In this document: positions 18,896 to 28,837 of the stretch, one piece after another
Layout of the letters: every line of letters starts with the position of its first letter
Position numbering within the stretch: position 1 is the first letter of the stretch
IMG/VR virus record: IMGVR_UViG_3300047510_001256
Location: 64,001-128,000 of that record
Direction: 5' to 3' (one strand)
DNA from: a virus
DNA length: 64,000 nucleotides
Made by a program: the position numbers and the translations under genes
The notes under the pieces: generated by a model
What the model saw: only the letters and a program-made list of their open reading frames with translations
Databases searched by the model: none
Told to the model about the DNA's origin: nothing

Positions 18896-21800
18896 TCACT
18901 GTTCCTCCCAAGTAATGCTGGCGAGTATGTTCCCGCGAGCTGCGTAATTAGTTCCCTGTAAGTATGTAGACTTGGAAGAAGCACAGATATATAATGTCTC
19001 CTGAACATCGGTTAATGGGAAAGAAAGATAATCTTTATTGTAATCGAAGTATGGAGAAAGTTGATATTCTTCTCCAGAATTTGGAGAGAAAATAGTGGTT
19101 ATAGTAGTTCCAGTTCCTGGAATTGGACTTCTTTGTTCAGTATCTGTTTCGATAGCAGACAATCTTGCCAATGTAGAGGTTGGGAATGGTTGAGTCACAC
19201 CACTCAAATCAGGATTTACTGGAGCTCCATTATCACCAGATGGTCCTCCCCATCTTCCCGCAATTAAGAATTTTCCTCTGATGATAATCTCATCAATTGT
19301 TACTTCATATGCAGAAAAATAATACTTACCAGTATCTGAAGATCTATCCAAAATTCCTAGTGTAGTGAATGCCTGACCAGAAGTATCTCCTAGAACAGTA
19401 TATCTAAACCATCCATATACTCTTTGTCCAGGTTGTAAATAATCTCCACCAGTAACTTGAATGCTTGCATCAGGAAGAAGAATTCTTTTACCTCTCTTTC
19501 CAATATTAATACCATTACTAGCACTAACTGCAAAACTACTTCCAACTCCAGGATTATCAAATGTCTGGAACGCAGGAGTTTTAATTAATTCAACAGCTAA
19601 AGACTCAGAATCAGATGTAACACCAGTAGCGAGACGAGTTGGATAAATTTGAACTCTATTTCTCACGCCATTAATTTCAGTTCTGCACTTAATTCCAACT
19701 AGTGGTTGAGGTCTTCTAACAACAAGACTGATACTGCCAGAAGTTGCATTGATAGTCCTAGTCAAATAAAGTTTTTTATTTACTGGATCCACAAACGATA
19801 CTCTAACATCTTGATCTGTTGGATTTGTGGTGATGACTTTTGCATTCATATAATAATCACTAATTGGAGGTCTGTTGGCAGAAGAACCATTTCCAAAAAA
19901 TTCAGTAGCACTTCCGTTAAATTGTAAATAAGGAGCATTTACATATCCAGATCCAGGAGTATTATCCTGACCATTCCCTGCAAATGTATGCATTGCCCCT
20001 GCACCACTATGATTAATCTCATCGAATACGTATCTAGATCCGCCAATCTCCTTAAGAGTTTCCGAAGCATATGAGAATAGTCTTACAGTTCCTCTATCTC
20101 CACCATCAATATAGTATGAAGCACCATACTTGGTTAACTGCTCTGATGTAGATCCATACCCAGACTCACTATTAAGTCTACGATCTGCATTTAAATATCC
20201 ATAAGCATTCTCATTGCCGCCTCCGTAACACATATATGTGATTGGAAGAGTAGCGTTACCAAGTGAAGCAACCTTCAACTGGTTAGATGCTCTAAGGTGA
20301 TGAACTCTCACCCATCTTGCTTCATTATTTTCTACTGGAACATAGGCTAAGAATGTTGCACCAACAGCACCATACCAGGAGAATTCAATCTTATACATGG
20401 TTACTTTTGTTGGATCTAATTCCCAAATACTATTATAAGTTATTTGTTCATTTGTTGTTGGATCTAATACATCAGATCCAGCTTTATTTGATAGAACATT
20501 ATCACTGTAAACGACTTTAGTTGTTGTTCCGTTTAATTTTTCCTGACTCATTCTGGAGCGAGGAACTCTATACTCATAAACTTTATAATACTTAGGATCC
20601 ACATTGAACCAAACCCAGTTCTTGTAAAGTCTCTTATTTACATAATTAATTTGTCCTTTAATATCGTCAGTATTATTGAAAACAGAATCTATGTATCCAA
20701 CAGAATTTGTTGCTGCTGACTGAGCAGGAGGATAAACGTATGGGAAAGCACCATCCACATATTGTTCTGGGAATCCTTCCTGTCCTGGTCTAGTTTCATC
20801 ACTATATTGACGACCAGCATAGGTTCTTTCATCAGATGGAAGAACAAATACGGTTGGAGTTCTTAATGATAATCCAAGATTTACTATCGTAGAATTCTCT
20901 CCAGATTCAGAACCAATCGCAGTTCCTAAAGAAACATCAGAACCATTCTGTCTAACTGCATCAAGATCAAAAACTTCAATATCTCCATATGCTTTCGTGG
21001 AATCACTTGCCCATGGATTTGTTGTGTTTCCTGATCCATAAATCTCTTCATTTCCTGGATATCTAGAAAATCTTATATACTGATAAATGTTTTGTGATCC
21101 ACTTACTGTCTCAACTCTTTGCTTTATGTCAAGTTGTCCAGTTGTGAATTCAGAAACATACCAAATACTGCCATCTTTAACAAGAGCAGAGGATCCAGTA
21201 TCTCTCAAATCTACATTAACTCCATTTGTTTCAAAAGTAAATCCCTGACCAATTTGTAATAACTCTGCTCCTGCAGGAACTTTTACTTTTAAATATTTGG
21301 ATGTATTGCCATCAATAAGATTGACAATTTCATAGTTAACTCTTGCTTTTAATAAAGAAGGATCAAATGCTGCTGCATGAACCATCACTAATCCATCTCT
21401 AAGAAGAGTTAACTCTCCAGCCGAAGATCCAGTTGGACTTGTTGGGATAGAAGAATAGTTAAAATCTGTATCAAATTTACCGAGAGCTCTCAGTAAAATA
21501 TTGTTTAAAAGATTGTCTACTGCGGAAGATGCTCCCGATTCTATAACACCAATACCAGTCGAAGGTATACCTAATGTAGTTCTAGAAACATAAGTGACAC
21601 TTCCTATATCACCACCACGACTGATTGTAAGTGGCGTAGTTGTTCTTGTTGTATTTGGAGCATTTCCAGCAAAAATATCCTTAATGGCATCAAGGATAAC
21701 ATCATATCTTGCTATCTCATCATTTGCTGTTTTAGATCCAATTCCACTTTGGACATATAATGAAACAGTTCCAGGAACATTTGTATTAAAAAATCTTAAT

Positions 21801-22729
21801 GTATTATAAACAGTAGAAGCATTTCCACCATACTTCAAATCATGTAGAATACCTTCAATAATAAGTCCAGAGTCCTTTCTACATTTTGGAGCATCTCCTG
21901 CTAAAGTTATACTTGTAGCAGCAAGTTCTTGTAAATATGGTTTGTTAGCCTCAAGTAATCTATACGCAACTGGATATGTTGGACTGGAAGTTTGGATTTG
22001 AGGAATACCAGTCCAAGCATAATCTTGATCTTGTGCCCCAGAAACAGATCCAAATGGAAGAGGATTGTCACGAATAATTGATTGTGTTCTTCTTACAACA
22101 GTAAAATTATCGCCACGACCATCGTTTCTTGATTCAAAGTAATACCCATCAAATTTATCAAAGATGCCATACTTTTTAATTGCTGGATTCTTAATTGCAA
22201 CTCCAGTAGTAGCATTATCAGTAACAGTATATGGTGCTCTAGTTAGTTTAACACCAAAGGTAGCTGCAGAAACACGGCCTGGTTGATACCTAAAGAAACG
22301 CTTTGAAGTTAGAATAGTGTATTCATCTGATGGTGCCTCAATCATAGCACCAGCTTCTTCTGCAATGTGAGTTAAACCCCAATCAGCATCTCCAATTAAT
22401 CCCGCATACTTTGGTCTGAGAGTGACTCCATCACTTTGAAAAATTTCTGCAGAAGTAAATTGCTCTGGGAACTGAGACCATTCTGTTGGGTTAACATCAT
22501 ATGTATTAACATCTGCGAATATACCTAAAGCAACTTCAGATCTAGGAATACCTAAGAGTGACAGAGCAACCTCAGACTGTTGCTTATTTTGTTCTTCAAC
22601 CGGAATGGCAGTTTGATCGCTTGCAACAACAACTGGCACAGAATTTGCTGATGTCTGTTGACCAGGAGGAACTGGAGCAGTTCTTCCAACTACAACAACA
22701 GCGGCATTATTATTTACACCTGTAGCCAT
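18896..22729 (-). CDS. Giant virion structural protein
   Basis: 1277 aa; FRYQPGR and VTMYKIEFSWYGA blocks, C-terminal WEEQ; late promoter upstream. Confidence 0.8.
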   Translation of the reverse strand: MATGVNNNAAVVVVGRTAPVPPGQQTSANSVPVVVASDQTAIPVEEQNKQQSEVALSLLGIPRSEVALGIFADVNTYDVNPTEWSQFPEQFTSAEIFQSDGVTLRPKYAGLIGDADWGLTHIAEEAGAMIEAPSDEYTILTSKRFFRYQPGRVSAATFGVKLTRAPYTVTDNATTGVAIKNPAIKKYGIFDKFDGYYFESRNDGRGDNFTVVRRTQSIIRDNPLPFGSVSGAQDQDYAWTGIPQIQTSSPTYPVAYRLLEANKPYLQELAATSITLAGDAPKCRKDSGLIIEGILHDLKYGGNASTVYNTLRFFNTNVPGTVSLYVQSGIGSKTANDEIARYDVILDAIKDIFAGNAPNTTRTTTPLTISRGGDIGSVTYVSRTTLGIPSTGIGVIESGASSAVDNLLNNILLRALGKFDTDFNYSSIPTSPTGSSAGELTLLRDGLVMVHAAAFDPSLLKARVNYEIVNLIDGNTSKYLKVKVPAGAELLQIGQGFTFETNGVNVDLRDTGSSALVKDGSIWYVSEFTTGQLDIKQRVETVSGSQNIYQYIRFSRYPGNEEIYGSGNTTNPWASDSTKAYGDIEVFDLDAVRQNGSDVSLGTAIGSESGENSTIVNLGLSLRTPTVFVLPSDERTYAGRQYSDETRPGQEGFPEQYVDGAFPYVYPPAQSAATNSVGYIDSVFNNTDDIKGQINYVNKRLYKNWVWFNVDPKYYKVYEYRVPRSRMSQEKLNGTTTKVVYSDNVLSNKAGSDVLDPTTNEQITYNSIWELDPTKVTMYKIEFSWYGAVGATFLAYVPVENNEARWVRVHHLRASNQLKVASLGNATLPITYMCYGGGNENAYGYLNADRRLNSESGYGSTSEQLTKYGASYYIDGGDRGTVRLFSYASETLKEIGGSRYVFDEINHSGAGAMHTFAGNGQDNTPGSGYVNAPYLQFNGSATEFFGNGSSANRPPISDYYMNAKVITTNPTDQDVRVSFVDPVNKKLYLTRTINATSGSISLVVRRPQPLVGIKCRTEINGVRNRVQIYPTRLATGVTSDSESLAVELIKTPAFQTFDNPGVGSSFAVSASNGINIGKRGKRILLPDASIQVTGGDYLQPGQRVYGWFRYTVLGDTSGQAFTTLGILDRSSDTGKYYFSAYEVTIDEIIIRGKFLIAGRWGGPSGDNGAPVNPDLSGVTQPFPTSTLARLSAIETDTEQRSPIPGTGTTITTIFSPNSGEEYQLSPYFDYNKDYLSFPLTDVQETLYICASSKSTYLQGTNYAARGNILASITWEEQ

Positions 22730-22766
22730 GGTTATTCCTCGATGGTGATTACTAGTTCTCTTCTGT

Positions 22767-22774
22767 TATTTATA
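22767..22774 (-). promoter_or_regulatory. Late promoter TATAAATA
   Basis: Exact consensus about 37 nt upstream of the ATG at 22729. Confidence 0.85.
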
Positions 22775-22775
22775 A

Positions 22776-25700
22776 TTAGAAACTAATACCAACTATACCT
22801 TTTGCGATAGTAAATGTGTTTCTAATAGAGGCATATCCATTGACTGCATTAGTTCCGACAGTGGTTAAAGTGCCAGTGGCAGCTCCAATAACACCCAATG
22901 AATCTTCGGATCTTGCCGAAAGAGTTAGCACATAAGTTGGTCCTGTAGTGACCGCCTTAGTAATGACTTCCCATATTAGAGTTCCAGTTGCTGTAACATT
23001 TGGATTGTAGGTGTGTGAACTGGATATTTTAATATAAGATCCTTGTGATACTGCATCATATAAAACTTTAGATACAGTTAATTTATAATTACCCGACTGA
23101 ACTTCTCCAGAAATAATTGTAAAATTGACATCAGATCCAACATCAACATATCTGATACCAAATGCTCGGTATACATTATACTGATTTGGACCGGGAGGAT
23201 TAGAAGCAATAATTGCATTTGCTCCCGCCTGACCGATATTAAATAAAACTTGACCAATAGTAGGGTCAGTAGTTGCCAATTGACCATTAATAATTCCAGA
23301 AGGTTGATACTGAATTACATCAACTCCATTCAATAATATAGGACTCAGGAAGTTAATAGTTTCTACACCTCCAGAAACAGAAACTGGTAACACTTGTGCT
23401 CTGATATTTACATTTGAAAGATCTACTCCAGAACCATTTTCAATATATTGTAATACTGGAGTGAAATTATCAGAAGCACCTTGTTGAACAATTAAATTGA
23501 CGCCATTAAAATCGCTATCATAACTATCAGGAACAGGAATCCATTCGTCGGCAGGACCAAGAATCAAGTTGTTTAATACGTCAGTTTTACTTGCTCCATA
23601 AATTCTTAATCCGGTTCCACAATTTCTGATTGTGCATCCATTAACAGCGAGTACATTTGTCGAGTTGAGAATTACTGGTCCAGGGAAATCTCGGAATACA
23701 CAGCTAGATATGATAGTTGTATCTCCTTCATCAGCAACAATACAAGGAGTTGCAAATCTTTCAACATCAGCACCATTGTAGAATACACAACTATCAATTG
23801 ATAAGTTTTCGGATCCTCCTGCAACTAAAGCAGGACCAGCAGATTGTCTAATTTTAACATTAGTCATCCTAAAGAACTTACTATTAATTGCATTAATTAC
23901 TGCATCATTAGTTTGCGTTTCTGTTCCAGTATCAAAGTTTGACAATGGACCAAGAACTTGGAATTTAGCAGATCCATCAAATACAATGTCTCCAAGAGAG
24001 CAATCTAGAGCACCTTCTGTGCCAACGTCAGAACCATCAAAATTAATAGATTTAAGCATATTACCACGCTGTCCATCAGCTGATGAACTAGTATCGGTAA
24101 TTCCCTCAGTATTCCAATATTGTCTATGTAATATAGTAGCATCTGCTAACCCTCTTAGAGTAAATCTATCTGGGATTACTAATTGTCTAATTAAATATGT
24201 TCCTCCAGGAATAACTAGGAAATCTCTTCCATTAAACTTAGCAGAATTGATTGCATTTTGTAATGGTTTAGTATCATCATGATACATGTAAACACTTTCT
24301 GTTCCGATGTTATTATAAAGAGTTACAACATTTTCATCCGGATCAGAAAGTGGTTCTTCCGACCATATAGCACCTCTTAAAGTTACTTGATTTGTTGCCA
24401 GATTTATATTTAAAATATCCGAAGAAACAAATCCATGTCTATGCTGCCCTGGATAGTTTGGTGAATGTGGAATATGGATTTCGTCTTCTCTAGGATTTGA
24501 TGGGTTACTTCCAAATGAACCATCATCACCTCTTAAACTATTTGTTGTTACGTCATAACTACCGTAATCCTGATACTGGACGTTGTTTCCACCAGAAAAA
24601 TACTTTGCACCAACAACCGCAATCAATTTAAAATTATCTCTATTCAATCCGCCAATAAGATCTGTTCTTGCATTAAGTGCTGGTTGAAGATCAGATCCTG
24701 GGTCAGCAGCTGCAAATCTATATACCAAAACAGATTGGCGAGAATTTTGTCTCTGTAGTGCGATCGTGTTGTAATTTTCTTCGTTTAAATTATCTGGACT
24801 ATTGTTAAATACAATTTGATTAGTTGATGGAACGGCACATCCAGAGACATCTCCAGTCTCAGTATCAAATACAGCTGTAACATACACATAGCACCAACGA
24901 TTGCCGGTTGGTAGAGGATTAGATGCAACGGTTGATTGTGGAGCAGGAACAGTTCCAAATTTAGTCGAGAGATTTTGTGTGCTGCTTACACCATAAATTT
25001 TAACGTTATGATTTGGTTTAAATTTACTGGCGTCTGGAACTGTAACAACAACTCTAGACAATCCACTGATATTTACGCTTGTAATTGCGCTGACATTATA
25101 TCTATTTGGATCACCACTTGCTCCAAATTCTTCCGGAGCACCAAAGTCGGTTTCCGAAGGCAATAGCATATTATTATAGTTTACACCATCATTTGTAAAC
25201 TGCCATCTACCATCTGACTCACTCCATCTTAATGCTGTATCTAAAAGTGATCCTCGGTTTACTTGAATTACAGCATCATCATCACCAAGACCAGATGGAA
25301 TTTCGCTATCTGGTAAATCGGAATTCAATCTAATTAAATTAGTTCCAACAAATAGATCAGACAATCCAATTTTAGAACCATTAACATTAAGAGATCCTTC
25401 AATTACTAGGTCTCCTGTAAATGTGGATTGTCTCTTAGATTCTGATACATTTACAACAAAAGATGCGTTAGTATTTGCTCCCTGAACAATTGTTACAACA
25501 TCACCATTCTTATAATTTCCATTACCCTGATTATTAATTGTTACACTACTAACTTGACCAGAATTTGTTGTAATATTAACGGTTAATCCAGATCCATTTG
25601 GTGATGTTGTTGATACAGCAGTTCCATTTGTATAACCAGATCCAGGAACTAAACTGTTTACCGCAACACTCTTTCCTTGATATGTTGCATTAGGAACATT

Positions 25701-27023
25701 GGATGATTTAATTACAAATGATGTTGCCGTGTTTATACTTTGAACTATGTAAATTCCATCTAGATGCGGATTACTAGTGTTGAAAATTTTAACCCTATCA
25801 CCAGCAAGATATTCATGCCCTGTTGCATTTACAGTAGCATTTCTAGTTCCATCGGGATTAACGGTAGATGAAACTACAATTGATTGAATATTTACTAATT
25901 GATATGCAGCATTATTTACATGTAAATTTTGAATACTATCAGTTACATCTCCAGTAGTAAAGTTTGGAGATGTATTAATACCCTGATAAATTTCAGATCC
26001 TGGAACAGCAGCAGCAACATAATCAAAAGTTCCGCTAGAAGAATTATAACTTAAACTACCAGTGGCAGTAAACAAACTGCGAATATCTTGTGTTGTGATA
26101 CCTGCGTATGATAGTTGTCCTGTTCCAGTATCTAAATTGATACTACCCCAAGAATAAGCATTATCAGTTTCTGTTAAACCAGTGTTATTTGGATTACCTC
26201 CAACTGTGCTAAATCTCTGTCTAATCTGTGAATCTGATACACCAGTAAATCTAATTTGACCAGCATTAGTTCCAGTTGCACTATAACTTAGTGATCCATA
26301 TCCAGACACATTAGAAACAGATACTGATTGTCTAATTTCTGTCTGTGTTATACCAGTATATTGAAATATTCCTGTCGATGCACTATAAGTAAGCGAACCA
26401 AATCCACCATTATTACTTGGACTTAATGCTGCACGAAAATCAGATCTCTTTGGACCAACGTATGTAAAGACTCCAGAATTATTGTAAGAGAAGGAACCGT
26501 ATCCAGTTGTCTCAGGATCTCCAGTTTGATTAGCAGTATTGTTTACGCTTAGATCATTGAATTCAATGGCAGAATCAGCAGAAATAGAAAGTATATTTCC
26601 AGAATCATTATAGTTAACAGTAATACCAGTGCCACCTTGAATTAAAGCCGCTACTCTATCATCAACTCTCTCATTAGTAAAATATAAATTAGTTCCTTCA
26701 GCAAGATCAAACGTAGTAAACTGAGAAAGATTAAACTCAGTTGCACCCTGAACTTCTAAATTTCCAGTGATAAGAACATTTTTAAATGTTACATCAGATG
26801 TTGGAGAAATTGCTTGCGGAAGAGAAGTCCAGGATACCTGTGAACCACCATTAATGGCAGTAAGATACTGACCTGTGTTACCATCACTTCCAGTACTATC
26901 AATGATAGATCCAGATACCTTCAGATCTTCGCCAGCTGGAATTGTTAGTCCAGTATTAGCAGTAACTTCTCTTGTTACTGCACCATCTAGCGAAGCTAAA
27001 CTATTGACTTTAATAAGGGACAT
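22776..27023 (-). CDS. Tail fibre/tailspike with C-terminal right-handed beta-helix (putative depolymerase)
   Basis: 'LAEGTNLYFTNERV' fibre motif, LSYxxxTGxFxY repeats, 'DDTKPLQNAINSA...IPGGTYLI' pectate-lyase-3-like start followed by beta-helix repeats. Confidence 0.8.
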   Translation of the reverse strand: MSLIKVNSLASLDGAVTREVTANTGLTIPAGEDLKVSGSIIDSTGSDGNTGQYLTAINGGSQVSWTSLPQAISPTSDVTFKNVLITGNLEVQGATEFNLSQFTTFDLAEGTNLYFTNERVDDRVAALIQGGTGITVNYNDSGNILSISADSAIEFNDLSVNNTANQTGDPETTGYGSFSYNNSGVFTYVGPKRSDFRAALSPSNNGGFGSLTYSASTGIFQYTGITQTEIRQSVSVSNVSGYGSLSYSATGTNAGQIRFTGVSDSQIRQRFSTVGGNPNNTGLTETDNAYSWGSINLDTGTGQLSYAGITTQDIRSLFTATGSLSYNSSSGTFDYVAAAVPGSEIYQGINTSPNFTTGDVTDSIQNLHVNNAAYQLVNIQSIVVSSTVNPDGTRNATVNATGHEYLAGDRVKIFNTSNPHLDGIYIVQSINTATSFVIKSSNVPNATYQGKSVAVNSLVPGSGYTNGTAVSTTSPNGSGLTVNITTNSGQVSSVTINNQGNGNYKNGDVVTIVQGANTNASFVVNVSESKRQSTFTGDLVIEGSLNVNGSKIGLSDLFVGTNLIRLNSDLPDSEIPSGLGDDDAVIQVNRGSLLDTALRWSESDGRWQFTNDGVNYNNMLLPSETDFGAPEEFGASGDPNRYNVSAITSVNISGLSRVVVTVPDASKFKPNHNVKIYGVSSTQNLSTKFGTVPAPQSTVASNPLPTGNRWCYVYVTAVFDTETGDVSGCAVPSTNQIVFNNSPDNLNEENYNTIALQRQNSRQSVLVYRFAAADPGSDLQPALNARTDLIGGLNRDNFKLIAVVGAKYFSGGNNVQYQDYGSYDVTTNSLRGDDGSFGSNPSNPREDEIHIPHSPNYPGQHRHGFVSSDILNINLATNQVTLRGAIWSEEPLSDPDENVVTLYNNIGTESVYMYHDDTKPLQNAINSAKFNGRDFLVIPGGTYLIRQLVIPDRFTLRGLADATILHRQYWNTEGITDTSSSADGQRGNMLKSINFDGSDVGTEGALDCSLGDIVFDGSAKFQVLGPLSNFDTGTETQTNDAVINAINSKFFRMTNVKIRQSAGPALVAGGSENLSIDSCVFYNGADVERFATPCIVADEGDTTIISSCVFRDFPGPVILNSTNVLAVNGCTIRNCGTGLRIYGASKTDVLNNLILGPADEWIPVPDSYDSDFNGVNLIVQQGASDNFTPVLQYIENGSGVDLSNVNIRAQVLPVSVSGGVETINFLSPILLNGVDVIQYQPSGIINGQLATTDPTIGQVLFNIGQAGANAIIASNPPGPNQYNVYRAFGIRYVDVGSDVNFTIISGEVQSGNYKLTVSKVLYDAVSQGSYIKISSSHTYNPNVTATGTLIWEVITKAVTTGPTYVLTLSARSEDSLGVIGAATGTLTTVGTNAVNGYASIRNTFTIAKGIVGISF

Positions 27024-27054
27024 ATTCTTCCCGCAATATACTATTCCTTCTAGT

Positions 27055-27062
27055 TATTTATA
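27055..27062 (-). promoter_or_regulatory. Late promoter TATAAATA
   Basis: Exact consensus about 31 nt upstream of the tailspike ATG. Confidence 0.85.
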
Positions 27063-27073
27063 AAGTCATTATA

Positions 27074-27144
27074 AGCGGGTGACGGGGATCGAACCCGTGA
27101 CAAGAGCTTGGAAGGCTCGCATGTTACCGCTACACCACACCCGC
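27074..27144 (-). tRNA. tRNA-Gly(TCC)
   Basis: GCGGGTG acceptor, anticodon loop CTTCCAA, GGTTCGATCC T-arm; no encoded CCA. Confidence 0.95.
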
Positions 27145-27160
27145 AGAAAAGTCCGAAGAC

Positions 27161-27385
27161 TTAAGTATATTTCCTGTAAGCAGGAACACCATCAGGATCT
27201 AACCATTTGGTGTATTCAAAATCTTCAATTGCAGTTGACATTTGAAGAGAATTATCACATAGATACATGTCTTTATATCTATTCGTGTAAGAATTCATCT
27301 TCTGAATTCTAAAGTCTGGATGACCATTATCTAGTGTACCACATTCAACATAACGATAGGGGAATCTTTCAAGTAAGATTTTCAT
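27161..27385 (-). CDS. Conserved cyanophage hypothetical protein
   Basis: MKILLERFPYRYVE...; ATGA-coupled to upstream gene. Confidence 0.8.
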   Translation of the reverse strand: MKILLERFPYRYVECGTLDNGHPDFRIQKMNSYTNRYKDMYLCDNSLQMSTAIEDFEYTKWLDPDGVPAYRKYT

Positions 27386-27576
27386 GGAGCATCATCGTGG
27401 TCTGTCATCATATCATACCACTCCTTGTCGGCAATGTCAAGAGCTGGAACGGCAGCAACTGCTCTACCATCAGGCATTCTGATCATAAAGTACTGCTTGT
27501 CCTTCTCTATCTTATCCATATACTCTTCAAAGTTTTCTTCAAACTCTTCTTGTGTAACTTCAATTACTTCGTTCAT
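27382..27576 (-). CDS. Hypothetical protein, Phd/YefM-like N-terminus
   Basis: 'EVTQEEFEENFEEYMDKIE...FMI...GRAVAAVP' pattern. Confidence 0.65.
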   Translation of the reverse strand: MNEVIEVTQEEFEENFEEYMDKIEKDKQYFMIRMPDGRAVAAVPALDIADKEWYDMMTDHDDAP

Positions 27577-27964
27577 GTGTGATATCCTCGTAGTCCTGTA
27601 GTATTCCTCGTTTGAAATGTAATTTTAATCGTGGCCATGTTTCCCATGATCCTTTCCAATTTGCCACATGTACTTCAACATATTTTGTAATTAAACAGGG
27701 AACATATCTACCATGTTGTCCGGTAGGAACCCATTCAAAGTTTAAAAACTTCATCTTGGGATCATATCTTGGATCGTCCTCTTCAATAATCTCAAATGTA
27801 TTTGTTCCCCGATAATCAGGATACCATAGAACTCCATTTGGATCTAACCAATAGTCAGTCATTGTGCCACCAATACCATCTTCAATGTCTTTGGTTTGAC
27901 ACACTACATTTGTAAATTGCTCACCCAAATCATATGATGAGCGAAAATAATCAAACATTCCCAT
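27560..27964 (-). CDS. Hypothetical phage protein (MGMFD family)
   Basis: 134-aa ORF overlapping both neighbours; MGMFD...QTKD N-terminus. Confidence 0.8.
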   Translation of the reverse strand: MGMFDYFRSSYDLGEQFTNVVCQTKDIEDGIGGTMTDYWLDPNGVLWYPDYRGTNTFEIIEEDDPRYDPKMKFLNFEWVPTGQHGRYVPCLITKYVEVHVANWKGSWETWPRLKLHFKRGILQDYEDITHERSN

Positions 27965-28229
27965 GTTTCTCTACCGTAGCCCTCCAAAAATCAGATGTCA
28001 TGTTATTAGATCCTTCAACCTTGGCAACAATGACACCATCAATTAAAGCAACTAAAGTTGGTGTGGCAACTACACCACAATCATTGGCAAATTGCGTCCA
28101 TTGATTTCCAACTTTAGCATTGGTGATGGTGATAACATTTTCCCAACCTTCAACTTTCTTTAGTTGTGTCTCAGCATACATGCATGGACGGCAACCTTCT
28201 TGAACAAACAAATGAATATCAGTCATCAT
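27951..28229 (-). CDS. Thioredoxin/glutaredoxin-fold protein
   Basis: CRPC active site and cis-Pro 'GVVATPTLV'. Confidence 0.85.
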   Translation of the reverse strand: MMTDIHLFVQEGCRPCMYAETQLKKVEGWENVITITNAKVGNQWTQFANDCGVVATPTLVALIDGVIVAKVEGSNNMTSDFWRATVEKHGNV

Positions 28230-28590
28230 CTAACTCCACATCATCTACAAGATCTGTTAATCTTTTTATAAAGTCTTCATCCATAGGAATGAGTTTTTCT
28301 TCACCACGATCAATACGATCTACCATTTCAAGCAACTCTTCAAGAAAATACTTTGGATAAGTATCATCTTCGCCAAGAGATACCCAAAACCATTCAAGAC
28401 ATTCTTGTTCTGGATCGTCATTTTTGAGTAGAGCATAGTCTTTATAGTTTGATCCCATAAGATCAGCCCAGATTCTAAATGCTCCACGAATAGATTGCCA
28501 ACCAGTCATCCAACAATGACCGATCCAATATTCCCACCAGTTGAGGGTGGTTTTGTTTTTGTTTGTTCCCTTAACTGGTGTGCTATACAT
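28219..28590 (-). CDS. Conserved cyanophage hypothetical protein
   Basis: Trp-rich 'NWWEYWIGHCWMTGWQSI'. Confidence 0.8.
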   Translation of the reverse strand: MYSTPVKGTNKNKTTLNWWEYWIGHCWMTGWQSIRGAFRIWADLMGSNYKDYALLKNDDPEQECLEWFWVSLGEDDTYPKYFLEELLEMVDRIDRGEEKLIPMDEDFIKRLTDLVDDVELDDD

Positions 28591-28591
28591 A

Positions 28592-28837
28592 TCAAATCAT
28601 ACAACAAAGTTCTTTTTCTTTTAGATATTTAATTGATTCTTTGCAACCGCCTAGTGGAATGTCCCCTAATACGATCTGTGGAAATGTTGCTCCTTTACCA
28701 AACTCAGAATAAAACTCTTCTTTTGTAAAGTGCTCTCCCAATTCATAGACAACATAATCTAGACCTTGATGTTGTGCGATGAAAATAAATTTCTGGCAAT
28801 GCGAACATCCTGGTTTTGAATAGATTGTTAGACTCAT
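28592..28837 (-). CDS. nrdC: Glutaredoxin (NrdC-like)
   Basis: YSKPGCSHC, TFPQI and GG motifs. Confidence 0.85.
   Translation of the reverse strand: MSLTIYSKPGCSHCQKFIFIAQHQGLDYVVYELGEHFTKEEFYSEFGKGATFPQIVLGDIPLGGCKESIKYLKEKELCCMI

Noticed and set aside
1-27023. Diversity-generating retroelement or invertase system acting on tail genes
   Set aside because: No reverse transcriptase, recombinase or near-identical TR/VR pair seen by eye; a self dot-plot would be needed to exclude it fully
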